A DNA stretch of 40,633 nt from Stramenopiles sp. TOSAG23-2 (lineage: Eukaryota), in contig LT649308.1 in NCBI GenBank assembly GCA_900128395.1, positions 1 to 40,633 of the forward strand. The letters are read 5' to 3'. This document shows, one piece after another, positions 20,919 to 32,501 of this stretch. The notes below the pieces were generated by a model. The model was not told the DNA's origin. It worked only from the letters and a program-made list of their open reading frames with translations, and made no database searches. Made by a program: the position numbers and the translations under genes. The stretch's first letter is position 1. Every line of letters starts with the position of its first letter.

Positions 20919-21627
20919 AGCAAGATTATTGACTCATGTTAATGTACGTCCTGCTGCAAAAATATTGTATATACATATATGCTGGATTACTACTAATGCA
21001 GTCCTTCACACACAAAAAAACGACGATAACGAGATGAAGCAGGACGACGTAAAAATAAATATTTTATTTTTTTCAAATTATATAATGGCACGCAATCAAA
21101 GTTTAGAGGAGCTTCTTATATACATAACTAACAAACATTCAATCAATGTTGGATTGGTTCAAAGCAATGCGGAAATACAATTTTCTTGGCATCAAATTTG
21201 TTATTGTTTCATTTTTATAATGGCCACATGCAGGTTGTTGCAGGTAATTTATCTATATAATAATATCTATAATTATTAGAATTATATATATTTTATTATA
21301 GTTTAATAATATCTTGTGGACATTTGTGTTTTAGTGCTATTGATGGATGCTAACCGATCTAGGGCGTCAAATAATATGTTTCGGAACCCTTAAAAAAGTA
21401 GTCTTCAAAAAAGTACATGAATTTAGCACTGTTTATTTAGAATGAATAGTATAGAGATGAAAAGTCTAGGACCTAGATTAGTATAGAGAGGAAGGTAAAA
21501 AATTCTCCCTGCTTCAGTGATCGATATTTTTAATTTAAATAAAATTATTAAATTATGATGTACATGATAAATATATAATTTACTATTTTACCACACCACG
21601 GATGACACTCTAGATATGAGATAGTTT

Positions 21628-22764
21628 TTACCATGGCCTGGAATTTTCTTTACGTTCTTTTTCCCGTTGCATTCTTTTTCGTTGTTTATATTGATCGTAT
21701 TTTGTACTCCCTGTACTTTCATAATAATCATTGCTACGTGTATTATTATTTTTCATTCTGTTTTTATTGTTGTTATTATTATTCTTGCTATTACTATTGA
21801 AAAAACTACCATTATTTCTACTATTGTTATTCATAAAGCTTCTACTATTTTTGTTATTATTATTACTACGATTATTTCTTCCATTATTGTTATTATTATT
21901 GTTATTACCTTGGCCACCGTTAATACTACGTTTATATTGTGTTGGCATTTTACCAGACATCGATGTAGCTGGACAACATAAATGTGCTGCTTGTTGTAAA
22001 AATTGTAATGCTCGTATCCATTGATGTTTTAACCCTTGCTCATGAGTTTCTAATCTTAATTCTCGTTCAGCTTCAACTACTATGGCACTACCATTATTAG
22101 ATATTCTCACATTTCGTATGGAGGCAATATGGATAGATTTGACATCTTGAGCATATTTACGTATTTCTTCACTTGGAGACCAATATTCTAATAATGTATC
22201 ATCTTCACTAAGTTGTATAAAAATATCACGTATGAATAAAGTCCCTTTTTTATTAAATGAAGCACCACGTTTTAATAGCTCATAATGTATATTCCAAAAC
22301 AATGTAATATCTTGTGTTTTCAATGGACTTAAAAAATTTCGTACATGTCTAGTTGAAGATACCCTTTCATCTTTTAATAACTTATTTAAATAGTCATTCA
22401 ACTGTTCCATACGTCTATCTACAAATGAATTTGCAGTATTTCCACAAAATTTTTTTGGCGGCATTTTAGGTAAATTAACATACCCAAACAAACTTTTCGA
22501 AACTTCAAAACCTAAATCAGTGTGCAATTCATGGAACCTTTTATATCTTCGTGTGATTTGCCATTGTTTTAAACCAAAAGTGACATCAATTATATAAACG
22601 GTGTAACCATCATAAGTCATTTCATGGCCACGGATATTAGCCGAAATACATGGTGTGACAAATTGTGCTACAAAACTTAAAGAATCTTCACTCTCATTGT
22701 TTTTTCTTGGGGACGAACCACTTGGATTTCCTATAAAGGATGTAAAACCACGTAACACATTCAT
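21628..22764 (-). CDS. PX plus PH domain protein (phosphoinositide-binding, sorting-nexin-like)
   Basis: PX: YTVYIIDV...RRYKRFHELH...LPKMPPKK...FVDRRMEQLNDYLNKLL. PH: LLKRGASFNK...QLSEDDTLLEYW...IHIASIRNVR...QWIRALQFL. Asn-rich tail. Confidence 0.88.
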   Translation of the reverse strand: MNVLRGFTSFIGNPSGSSPRKNNESEDSLSFVAQFVTPCISANIRGHEMTYDGYTVYIIDVTFGLKQWQITRRYKRFHELHTDLGFEVSKSLFGYVNLPKMPPKKFCGNTANSFVDRRMEQLNDYLNKLLKDERVSSTRHVRNFLSPLKTQDITLFWNIHYELLKRGASFNKKGTLFIRDIFIQLSEDDTLLEYWSPSEEIRKYAQDVKSIHIASIRNVRISNNGSAIVVEAERELRLETHEQGLKHQWIRALQFLQQAAHLCCPATSMSGKMPTQYKRSINGGQGNNNNNNNNGRNNRSNNNNKNSRSFMNNNSRNNGSFFNSNSKNNNNNNKNRMKNNNTRSNDYYESTGSTKYDQYKQRKRMQREKERKENSRPW

Positions 22765-23172
22765 CTTGTATATTTTTTATTGTTGTTGTAAAATATTATA
22801 TTATTAGCTAGTACATATATTATATTTTCTGTTTTCACATGTTTTCGATGTATTCCTTTTTTATATTTTCTATATTGAATGTAGTATTTTCAAACAATTC
22901 AACACCACAAAATGATTGATTATAATATGATGAGGAGCACAGGAGCACATGACCGGGGATGATGAAAAGGAAAAAAAAAAAAAATTAAAAAATAACGACA
23001 AGCAACACAACGACAACGACGAGACGATGGCACGATGGAAATATACAGTAGTAGAAAGTTAAACATTATAATTTATATTGTACCAAATATGTAATTCATT
23101 GCAATATATTATCCTTAAAACCCGTATTGATAAAACGTATTAAATAAGGTGCTGAAATTAGTACACGTTTTC

Positions 23173-23268
23173 CAATCTGGCAATCTGGCAATCTGGCAAT
23201 CTGGCAATCTGGCAATCTGGCAATCCAGCAATCTGGCAATCTGGCAATCTGGCAATCCAGCAATCCAG
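23173..23268. repeat. 8-bp tandem array, 12 units (9 x CAATCTGG, 3 x CAATCCAG)
   Basis: Counted directly; lies between the divergent PX-PH and LRR genes. Confidence 0.97.
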
Positions 23269-23543
23269 CAGCTTCTTCTTCTTATACAATGTGCACATAT
23301 CAATACCGTTACTAGTATCACGTATACCAAATAGAGAGTGTTAAATTATATATAACCTGTTGTATTAGAGAGATATTGAACAACAACATATATAATAACC
23401 ATTTAAAAACAAGACAAATTGGATGATAGCAATTCCCCCAACCAATTGCAACGACTATACTTAAATATCAATTATAACAATACCATAAATAAAACATATA
23501 TATATACATAGAAACAACAACAATAATATTAATAATAATAATA

Positions 23544-26500
23544 ATGAGACTGTTACGTCCAGATCTATTGCATGAAGTGGCCAAAAATCCATTACATACG
23601 TTAGAGGTAATTGATTTAAGACGATATGGAGTTATTAAATTAGGTGGATTTGAGGAATGCCCGAACCTACATACTATTTTGTTGAGTGAAAATTCCATCG
23701 TTAGTTTAGAGGGAATTGAAGATGCTAGTGCAGTTTGGAACCTTGATTTATCCAAAAATGCTATTGTAAATGTAGAAAGTTTAGGTAAAATTCCAGCTTT
23801 AGGTTGGTTAAATTTATCAAACAATAATTTAACTTATGAACAAGTCTCAAAATTAATTAATACGTCTGTTATTGATCTAACGTTAGAAAATAACGATCCA
23901 TTATCCGATGGATATAGTCCATCTGAATATAGGAGAAATTTAGTATATTTATTACCAAAAGCATGGTGTATAGATCATTGTTTTATCACAAGTGAAGAAC
24001 GTAAAAAAGCAATAGACTATTTTGAAGAAGGCGATGGAAAAGGTAGTGATATTGCTGAAATAGCAAGCAAATCCTTTAATAATGGGAATTCATGCGTACA
24101 ACTTGGGTCAGGGATGTTTCATCTTGGTTCTGTATCATCGAAAACAACATTTAATAATAACAATAATAATAATAGTGATGATGTCGACAATAATCCGAAA
24201 TCTCCTGGTAAAAATGTAACATTAAATGGTGACAATAGCAATAATGAAAATGATATGTCAAATAGTACATTGAAGGTATCTGCTACTTCTAAATTTTTGA
24301 AACTATTAGCTATCGAACCTCATCATCCGACCATAGTGCAAACTTTCAGGTTGAAACATTTGAAACGATTGCATAATGTAGAATCAAAGAGATTAAGGCA
24401 TTATTTTTCAAGAGCTGTACCACGACCTGGCGTACAAACATTAAAATTTGGAAACATTGCATCTTATATGTTTAAAAATTTAATGAAACGTCAACTATTA
24501 GATTTAACCGTCATGTTAACAGTGTCTATTTTTTACAAGATCCCAAATGATATTTTCTTAGACTCATTAACGATGTTATTAAAAGCAGATGTGGATATGA
24601 ACATTATTGAATCTGTTGCGTCATTATATAGGTATGGAAAAACAATCCTTTCGATTGAAACGAAAAATATTTTAAAGTCATATATCGATAAAAAAAATCC
24701 AATGTACATATTAAATTTTATTGAAAAAGAACTTTACAATGCAATTCCAGAATTTGCTGCTACATTGAATACGCAACGCCATGCGAGCATAGAAGATGAC
24801 GAAGATGAACGAATAGGACAAGAACATTTAGCAAGACATGCAGTAATTTTATTTTCACGATCTCCTGCATTTCCACCATTAGTGAGAGGTAGAGATAAGA
24901 AAATTCCTGCTCATGAACGCCATTTATATGAAGTTTTGTTTCCATTATTAAAGTTAGCTGGGATGACAAATGAGGATCTTGAAACACATGTAGATGAAAA
25001 TCAATGGATACGAAGGAAAGATAATCCATCTAGACGGTATAGCAGGCCATGGGAAGGTGGTGATGTAGTTGTATCTTCGGATGCTGGTCCATTGGAAAAT
25101 GTACCGAGAGATGATGGGGATGAAATGGTGGAAAATGAAATAGCTGGTAACGAGGGTGATTATCACAATAATAATAATGTAAATTATGAATCTGAGGAAG
25201 ACGATTTATCATATTTGCCTAGAAATTTTGGTGTTGGTGGAGTATCGCCACGATCTCAACAATATACCCAACCATTAACACGTGGCACTGATGCGTTTGC
25301 AAATGCATTTGACGATGATACAAATTATAACGCACAACCATCTACCGCTATGTATTACCAAGGCATCCGCGTACCGCGTATCCATGAACGCGTGGAAATT
25401 GCAACCCGTTTATTGGGTAGGATTTATCCACGGATCATTGAAGTGTTAGACTCTGGAAGTATTATAAAGCTCGAGCCATTTCCAGGCGCAACAAGAGACA
25501 CACAATGGCTGATGCATCGTGATATCTTTTGGAATCCAAAAGGGTATTGGCGCCATGGATCTGGGGTTGCACATGTAGAAGCGGAGAACAGCAGTAGACG
25601 TTTAGGAAAAGCAACGCGTTTACATCGTGTAAATAAAGGATTAACAAAAAGTGGAATTAGTTCAAATGCTGGGGTAGCAAATAGGGCATTGCCTGCAGGG
25701 TTGGCAAGGATGTTTTTAGAGAACAAAACAGTTCCAGACCATGTTCCGAAACCATTGAAATTATTTGCAAATAATCAAACGTGGGATCCTAATTTTGTAG
25801 TTGCACCGCCAAGTTTGGTTACTGCACAAAACATGTATGCTGAAGCAATTGGGGAAGGTGGGGCTTGGGATCCTATAAAAACGATACCATACATTGTGAA
25901 AGATTCGACGGATGCGGCTAATAAAGGCTATGTCGATAAAGCGACAGATTTAAGACCACAACGATCGTCTGTATTTGAAAATTTAGAGAAACAATTACGT
26001 CGTGATGAAGATCTCAAAATGGAGACATTAAATGTCTTAATAGAGGAGGATGAACTTGTATTAAATAATGGAGTTCCTGTGGAAGAGAAAAAACAGACGG
26101 AAGAGGAAGAAACTAAAAATGATGGTGCATCATTTTTTATGACTGGTGTACCACAGCAAAATGAAGAGGAGGAAAAGGAGAAAGAACAACTTCCAGTATC
26201 ACGGCCATTAACAAGTGAAATAGAGGAAGACTTGATGGAGCAGCAACGAAAAAATAGATTAATTGCTAGATCTGCATCACCACCTCGATCAGCACCGCAA
26301 CAGGAAGGTTCACGATCTAATATTTCACAGACTACCGCTAGTAATCACAGTAACAACGCTGATCGTAATAATCGTAAAAAGAAAAGCAAACCGAAAGGTA
26401 CACATTCATGGTATGCAGTTCCAAACAAAACAAGTATAATGGTAGAACAACGTGTTGTACCATCTAGTGCTCATGGACCTTTTTTTCGCCCCAAAACTGA

Positions 26501-27134
26501 TCCTTCCAAGTCATCGAGTGTTAAATTTTTAACTGAGCGTGAAAAAGAGATGGTACGAATAGAAAAAAGACTTTCAGATAAACGATGGGCGACGACGAAA
26601 TTTGCTGATCGTAGCTTAAGTAATCGTGTACGGCCGTATGAAGCTTATCATGAACAACCACCAATAAAATTTCAACCGGTTGAAAATACTATGCCTAAAC
26701 CATTATTACCACAACCTGGATTAAGTGCCGGTTTAAGAGCAAAAATGTCACATCGAAAAAAAAATATTTACAAACAGTTCGATAATCCAAGGCATATTTT
26801 TACACCAAATACTCAAGGATCAATGGCATCATTATTATTCAAAAAGAATAACAAAAAGATGATGTTTAGCAGAGGTACCAATAATACCGTTAGTCGTGGG
26901 TCATCTATGGGTTTAGGAAGTGCACAAAGTGATGAATTTTTCTTTAACAATACCATGCCAAGAAGACGTCAGGTGATGTCAACACCAACACTTAGTGAAT
27001 TGGCCCCAGCGCCACAAACAGATAAAAAAATTGTTAAAAAAAGTAAATCAATGAAAAAAAGAAAGAATAAAAAAATGTCAAGATTAGCAAGACGTCAAAT
27101 GGAAAGAAAATCGCAATCAACAAGTGAATTGTGA
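23544..27134 (+). CDS. Leucine-rich-repeat protein (N-terminal SDS22-like LRRs, long unassigned C-terminus)
   Basis: LHTILLSENSIVSLEGI, VWNLDLSKNAIVNVESL, LGWLNLSNNNL, and LRR cap YRRNLVYLLPKAWCID; 1196-aa ORF. Confidence 0.8.
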   Translation: MRLLRPDLLHEVAKNPLHTLEVIDLRRYGVIKLGGFEECPNLHTILLSENSIVSLEGIEDASAVWNLDLSKNAIVNVESLGKIPALGWLNLSNNNLTYEQVSKLINTSVIDLTLENNDPLSDGYSPSEYRRNLVYLLPKAWCIDHCFITSEERKKAIDYFEEGDGKGSDIAEIASKSFNNGNSCVQLGSGMFHLGSVSSKTTFNNNNNNNSDDVDNNPKSPGKNVTLNGDNSNNENDMSNSTLKVSATSKFLKLLAIEPHHPTIVQTFRLKHLKRLHNVESKRLRHYFSRAVPRPGVQTLKFGNIASYMFKNLMKRQLLDLTVMLTVSIFYKIPNDIFLDSLTMLLKADVDMNIIESVASLYRYGKTILSIETKNILKSYIDKKNPMYILNFIEKELYNAIPEFAATLNTQRHASIEDDEDERIGQEHLARHAVILFSRSPAFPPLVRGRDKKIPAHERHLYEVLFPLLKLAGMTNEDLETHVDENQWIRRKDNPSRRYSRPWEGGDVVVSSDAGPLENVPRDDGDEMVENEIAGNEGDYHNNNNVNYESEEDDLSYLPRNFGVGGVSPRSQQYTQPLTRGTDAFANAFDDDTNYNAQPSTAMYYQGIRVPRIHERVEIATRLLGRIYPRIIEVLDSGSIIKLEPFPGATRDTQWLMHRDIFWNPKGYWRHGSGVAHVEAENSSRRLGKATRLHRVNKGLTKSGISSNAGVANRALPAGLARMFLENKTVPDHVPKPLKLFANNQTWDPNFVVAPPSLVTAQNMYAEAIGEGGAWDPIKTIPYIVKDSTDAANKGYVDKATDLRPQRSSVFENLEKQLRRDEDLKMETLNVLIEEDELVLNNGVPVEEKKQTEEEETKNDGASFFMTGVPQQNEEEEKEKEQLPVSRPLTSEIEEDLMEQQRKNRLIARSASPPRSAPQQEGSRSNISQTTASNHSNNADRNNRKKKSKPKGTHSWYAVPNKTSIMVEQRVVPSSAHGPFFRPKTDPSKSSSVKFLTEREKEMVRIEKRLSDKRWATTKFADRSLSNRVRPYEAYHEQPPIKFQPVENTMPKPLLPQPGLSAGLRAKMSHRKKNIYKQFDNPRHIFTPNTQGSMASLLFKKNNKKMMFSRGTNNTVSRGSSMGLGSAQSDEFFFNNTMPRRRQVMSTPTLSELAPAPQTDKKIVKKSKSMKKRKNKKMSRLARRQMERKSQSTSEL

Positions 27135-27177
27135 TGGTGTTCGTATTTTTTTTATTACTTCGTAAAAAAAATATTTG

Positions 27178-27370
27178 AGTGTATTTAAATATATATAAAA
27201 AATTCTCTTATTCATAAGTTAAAGATTTTTGTGTATTTAAATATATAAAATGTTCTCTTACACTCATGTATAATTTATACGAGTTCGTATATTTATATAT
27301 AAAAAATTCTCTTATTTATTTTTAAATATAAAAAATTCTCTTATTTAATATGCATAAGTTAAAGATTTTA
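27178..27370. repeat. Degenerate AT-rich tandem repeat
   Basis: About four recurrences of (T)AAATATATAAAAA(A)TTCTCTTA, two of them followed by CATAAGTTAAAGATTTT; boundaries approximate. Confidence 0.7.
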
Positions 27371-27926
27371 TTTTATCATACTTTAAAATAATATCATATT
27401 ATATATTATATAATATTTGATAAAATTATTTTACAAAAAAAAAGGGAGATATGTTTTTTCTCTCTCTACCACACGCATTCTCTGTCTGCTTTTGCCCTAA
27501 GAATGAAAGACACACACCTCTCTCCTGTTATATATAAATATATTATAAATATTTAATATTCAAAAACATTATCTGAAAAACTACAATTAGTTTACCTATC
27601 AAATTAGTTATTCTACAATAATGTAAAAATAAATAAAAAAGAAATGAAAGATACAATCTTTATCTTCTTTATTTACATTTTGTTTCCACGAATTTTATTA
27701 TTTACGTGCGTATTATTTTCTTTTTTTGTTGTTGATTATACTGGATTAATACGTTGTTGAAAGCTAACAACATTTTTCATTTTTATGTACACAAAAACAT
27801 TATATATCATTATATATATATATATATACATATCATATTTTTTTCTTCTACCTCGCATTTGAAAGCTGTAAAGTAAAGAAAATGCACCCCACAAATTACG
27901 TATGTAATGTATGTGGAAGGAAAAAA

Positions 27927-28560
27927 TTACCATAATGGACCAGAACTTTTACCACCTGGTGGTGCATGAACACGTGTTGTTGGTCTGTCTGTAATAAAAT
28001 TACCACAATTTTGATTACTACCAGTAGCAAATTTATTGGAAGAAATACCACTGGTAGACCTAACAACAGGTTGGCGAGTATGTTGAGATGCTACCATAGG
28101 GTTATTTGCTGATGTTTGTGATTGTGATTTAGTTGCAACGGATGTATTATTAACAACTGGAACATTTTGTACATGCGTAGTCACTGGTTGCATTGGTTGT
28201 TTAAATTGTTGTCGTTGGTTACGTTGTGCTTGTCTTTTTGCTACATTTGGGTTGGTATATCCACCACCAAATATTAACGAACCTGCTTGTGACGATGAAC
28301 CGCCTGGTGGTGCATGTAAGCGTGTGGATGATCGCCCTGTCATCACGTTCCCGCAATTTTGGTTGGATCCATTTGCGTATCGATTGGATGATACACCAAC
28401 TTCTGTATAACTAGATGATCCGCCACCAAATATTAATGAACCAGCAGTGGAGCTACCACCTGGTGGTGCGTGTAATTTTCGTTGTTGGGCGGTCACTAAT
28501 AAAATTGCCACAGTTTTGGTTGGCACCATTTGCAAATGCATTTGAACTAAATGATGACAT
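27927..28560 (-). CDS. SPIRAL1-like microtubule-associated protein with three repeats and a +1 frameshift near 28473-28479
   Basis: Repeats of SSNxxAxGxNQNCGNxxxxRxxTxxHAPPGGxSS. ATG at 28560 gives MSSFSSNAFANGANQNCGNFISDRPTTK, and HAPPGGSS continues in the +1 frame. The listed ORF start at 28541 is out of frame with this first repeat. Confidence 0.8.
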
Positions 28561-29531
28561 GTTTTATAATTTTTTTAATAAATTCTTTTGTTGCTCTTTC
28601 TTTTTGTTTTCTTTTGGTATAATGGATTTTTACAATCAATCTGTTTTGTTGTTAATATATATATATCTATTGTATTACTATTTCCATGGACGACTATTTA
28701 GTTTAAATAATATTAGTAGAAACGACAAGTGTATAATAATCGATATGATAATGATATGTTGTGTTGTTTTTGTGTTTTTTTTTTTATTTTTTACTGATCA
28801 TTATTTTTCAAAAAAAAAATCATCAATTTCAATGCTATTTAGTGTTAATTAAATCTATCAAATTTTTGGATTGATAGCACGATACAGCACAAGTATCACA
28901 TCAATCATAACGTTCTTCAAATTGTACAGGTAAATAACACAACAAGGTGCTATTTATATGCTTTGCTGGTTGCTTTTTGATTTCTTTCCACAGGGCTTTC
29001 GCTTTCCGGCTTTCCAGGCTTTCCTTTCCTGTGTTCCAGTATGGTTCTATAATAATGGTGGTTATGATAGTAGTCGTCTACTATTTAGAACTATGATATG
29101 TATAATACATAGACTATGCTGGTATGCTGGTATGATATAGTTGTTATTATTACTTGTATTTATTGTGCTATTATAATACTTGATTATTTACTCATATGTT
29201 AATCTTGTTGTGGCTTGTTGCTTTGTGCCTTTTCCAAAAATAGTACGTATTAGAATTGATTAAGATAATGTAGTACAGTCTGGCAGTCTATAATACTAAG
29301 TCCAGTATACGTTACTTATACTACTACAAAAAGTATAATTACACACACACACAAACACAGACACACACAAATACACAATTTACTGTACTGCTATCGATTT
29401 TAACCATATATTTGCACATATATAGAAATACCAATATTAACTTTTCGTTTACAATTATCAATATAGTAGATTTTAGCAATATACTGTTCCAAACTAGTAT
29501 TGATTGATTACGTTCAATCACAAAAAAAAAT

Positions 29532-30770
29532 ATGCCAAAACAACCAAGTAAAAAACAATTAATAGAACAAGTAGAAAGATTAAGACAAGAAATAGAAAGT
29601 AAAAATGACGAAATATCAGAGCTAAATAAACAAAATTTTGAATACAAAGAACTATTAAACGAATACAAAGAAGAAGCAGAAAATTTTAAGAAAAGTGCAC
29701 CAAGTCCAGCAAGAGCAAAAGAAATCAATAACCATCTCCAGCAATGGGGTGCAGAACGAATACAAGCATGTTATCGTGGACGTTTAGCGAGGAGGGAAAT
29801 GCAAAATAGAGTTGCACAATTAGCTGATTATGACGAAAATGACTTCGGATCAAAATATAGTATAGATATGGAGGAATATGAATATTTATTGAAAGGAAAC
29901 AGTAAAGAAGAAGAAGAGGAAGAAATGGGCAGAGCAGCGTTAAAAATACAAGCAGTCCACCGTGGACGTAAATCAAGAGCAGAAGTACAAGAAATAAAAG
30001 AACAAACCCAAGCGGTAAATAAAATTGCTGCTATACAGCGTGGGCGTAAATCACGCGCGCAAGTCCAAGAAATAAAAGAACAGACAAAAGCAGCTGTCAA
30101 AATACAAGCTATACATCGTGGTCGTAGATCTAGATCCGTGTCGCGTACCAGGGATGTAGATAATGATATTAATAATTATGATAATAATAATTATAATGAC
30201 GATGAGGATTTATCAAGTGAAGAAGAAATGGATGAAGAAGAACTATTAGAACAAACAAAAGCAGTGAATAAAATCGCTGCTATACAGCGTGGACGTAAAT
30301 CAAGAGCAAAAGTACAAGAAATAAAAGAACAAACCCAAGCGGTAAATAAAATTGCTGCTATACAGCGTGGGCGTAAATCACGCGCGCAAGTCCAAGAAAT
30401 AAAAGAACAGACAAAAGCAGCTGTCAAAATACAAGCTATACATCGTGGTCGTAGATCTAGATCCGTGTCGCGTACCAGGGATGTAGATAATGATATTAAT
30501 AATTATGATAATAATAATTATAATGACGATGAGGATTTATCAAGTTTATCATCAGATGAAGAAGACAACGATGATGATGATGTTGATGAAGAAGTAAATA
30601 GTGAAGCTCCAAAACGTGTGAAAAGCATACCATATAAAATACTATCATCAGAAGAAGTAGAGAAACATAAACATGTAATAACACATCACGTAGGCAAAAT
30701 AGTAAAACATAATGGAGAAGTTAGTAGTTCTGATGTTGAAGATTTATCTTCTTCGGATGAAGAAAATTGA
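29532..30770 (+). CDS. Coiled-coil protein with seven IQ calmodulin-binding motifs
   Basis: IQACYRGRLARR, IQAVHRGRKSR, three IAAIQRGRKSR and two IQAIHRGRRSR; N-terminal heptad-like region. Confidence 0.88.
   Translation: MPKQPSKKQLIEQVERLRQEIESKNDEISELNKQNFEYKELLNEYKEEAENFKKSAPSPARAKEINNHLQQWGAERIQACYRGRLARREMQNRVAQLADYDENDFGSKYSIDMEEYEYLLKGNSKEEEEEEMGRAALKIQAVHRGRKSRAEVQEIKEQTQAVNKIAAIQRGRKSRAQVQEIKEQTKAAVKIQAIHRGRRSRSVSRTRDVDNDINNYDNNNYNDDEDLSSEEEMDEEELLEQTKAVNKIAAIQRGRKSRAKVQEIKEQTQAVNKIAAIQRGRKSRAQVQEIKEQTKAAVKIQAIHRGRRSRSVSRTRDVDNDINNYDNNNYNDDEDLSSLSSDEEDNDDDDVDEEVNSEAPKRVKSIPYKILSSEEVEKHKHVITHHVGKIVKHNGEVSSSDVEDLSSSDEEN
29961..30545 (+). repeat. In-frame intragenic duplication (258 bp, period 327 nt)
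   Basis: 29961-30218 matches 30288-30545; only one mismatch was seen (GAA vs AAA). Confidence 0.9.
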
Positions 30771-31205
30771 CGAGGAGTAAAAACAAAATTAAAACCTTTT
30801 TTTTTATTTCTAAAAAAAATAAAATTAAAATAAATTTTTATTACGACTGCTGTATTTAATATATATTACGTCTCGTATATTATATAATAATATATGATAA
30901 ATAAAATATTTTATAGTATAATTGCTGGATTGGGGTTAAATAATATTCGCGTATTTTTTTGTACGAAGTTTCGTATTTTTTTTTTAAAATCTCGGCGCCT
31001 CGTATTTCTAAAATTATAAAACTTTAGATTTTATTAAACATCAATTTAAATATATTATTTAAAAAAAATAATATACATCATACGAATGTACAATATCTTG
31101 TACGTCGTATATATATTTATCTCATATATTTGACAAGAACGCTGTATACACATCACACATATATCAAAATATTCCCTCCTCTCTTGCGTGTTTCTTTTTT
31201 TCTTT

Positions 31206-31730
31206 CTAACATAGTCCACCACAACTTGGTACAAAATGCATAGACATAATAAATGCAAGAAAATTAATACCAAGAATAAAAGGTGTTAATACCCCAAAAA
31301 CAGGCCATAAACCACACATAAATGCAAAGCTCATAAGCACACCAAGACCAGTTGCAATAGGTATTGCCCTAGGTGATGAAATATTCCAATCTAATTCTTT
31401 GCCAAGAACTTTTGGCGTAAAACAAGGCAATATATAACTTATATAAATGAAAATAACAATATTAATCCCTAAGCAAACTAAACCAATATTAAACCAGAAA
31501 CGATTTACACGTTTATCTTCGACTAATATACGGAAAAAATCTGTATAATAACATATTAGAAACGATGCCAATACCCATAAAAACGCTTGTATTTTATTTG
31601 AAATGGTTTCTGCAAGCTCTTTACGACTTTTATTACGCTTCACCGTCCTTGTGCGTATAGGAACTTGTTCACCATCGTTCTCTTGTTGTTCAGATTGTGC
31701 AACACGTGAGTATGCACCGCGTGACTGCAT
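31206..31730 (-). CDS. TMEM128-like four-pass membrane protein
   Basis: FLWVLASFLICYYTDF...RVNRFWFNIGL...IYISYILP...WNISSPRAIPIAT...LWPVFGVLTPFIL resembles the TMEM128 family. Start set at the first ATG (MQSRGAY); the upstream part of the listed ORF is low-complexity UTR-like sequence. Confidence 0.7.
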   Translation of the reverse strand: MQSRGAYSRVAQSEQQENDGEQVPIRTRTVKRNKSRKELAETISNKIQAFLWVLASFLICYYTDFFRILVEDKRVNRFWFNIGLVCLGINIVIFIYISYILPCFTPKVLGKELDWNISSPRAIPIATGLGVLMSFAFMCGLWPVFGVLTPFILGINFLAFIMSMHFVPSCGGLC

Positions 31731-32501
31731 AATTTTTTTTTTAATAATTAAAGAAAAATGAATTCTATCCCCAAATCTAAAAATATACAACGTATATGTA
31801 TATGTATATGTATATGTGCGTATACGTGTATCAAAAAGTATCTTTAATATTAAAGACAAATACTTATGAAATCAATCCTTTTTTTCTCTCTCTATTTCTC
31901 TTTTTTTGTTTCTATTTTGTATACCAGAATCCAGAAGAATATAATAATAAAAAGATCATCATGCACTCATCAAATTTAACTTATTATTCTTTTCTCACAG
32001 ATGATGCTGGAGTGCCTTCGTTTTACGAGTATTTTACTAGCTACTGGTTATATTTTATGGCCTGTGGTGCATATGCAGTGCTGCCATTTTTTTTTTCCTT
32101 AAGGTGAATGGCATTTTTGATGAATAATCGTAGTATGCTAGTATTATACAAAAAATGGTGGTGGGATTAAGATTTGTAGGAAATCATGGCAAACTGGCAA
32201 ACCCTTAACCAAATATTCTACTTTAACTTCTTAAAAACTACTCTTTTTCAAAACACCACCACCACATTATTTATTAAATTATATTATTATTTTTTTTAAA
32301 CCTGTAAATAAACTAACAACAAAAAAAAGACATTAACATGTGATTTTTCACGAATGTATCACCATGATATCTATACTACATGTATACATATATATTTACG
32401 TATAATACATATATATATTTATTTATTTATTCACAACCATCGTTTTATTCATTTTACTCCAATAATTATAGTGATAATTATATTTCAATAATATTTTAAC
32501 A

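Noticed and set aside
20934-20936. In-frame TGA as selenocysteine or codon reassignment
   Set aside because: The aligned TPR position is normally Ser, and TGA terminates several genes in this window.
23115-23334. Short ORFs on both strands with IARLPDCQ or SGNLAIWQ repeats, and the array as a telomeric repeat
   Set aside because: The ORFs are translations of the 8-bp array. The array is internal and short and lacks the T/G-run pattern of typical telomere repeats.
16729-28560. A genome-wide programmed +1 frameshifting system linking the discontinuities at about 17035, 20935 and 28476
   Set aside because: The three sites share no slippery motif, the SPIRAL1-like shift must occur several codons before the stop, and all the long genes are uninterrupted.
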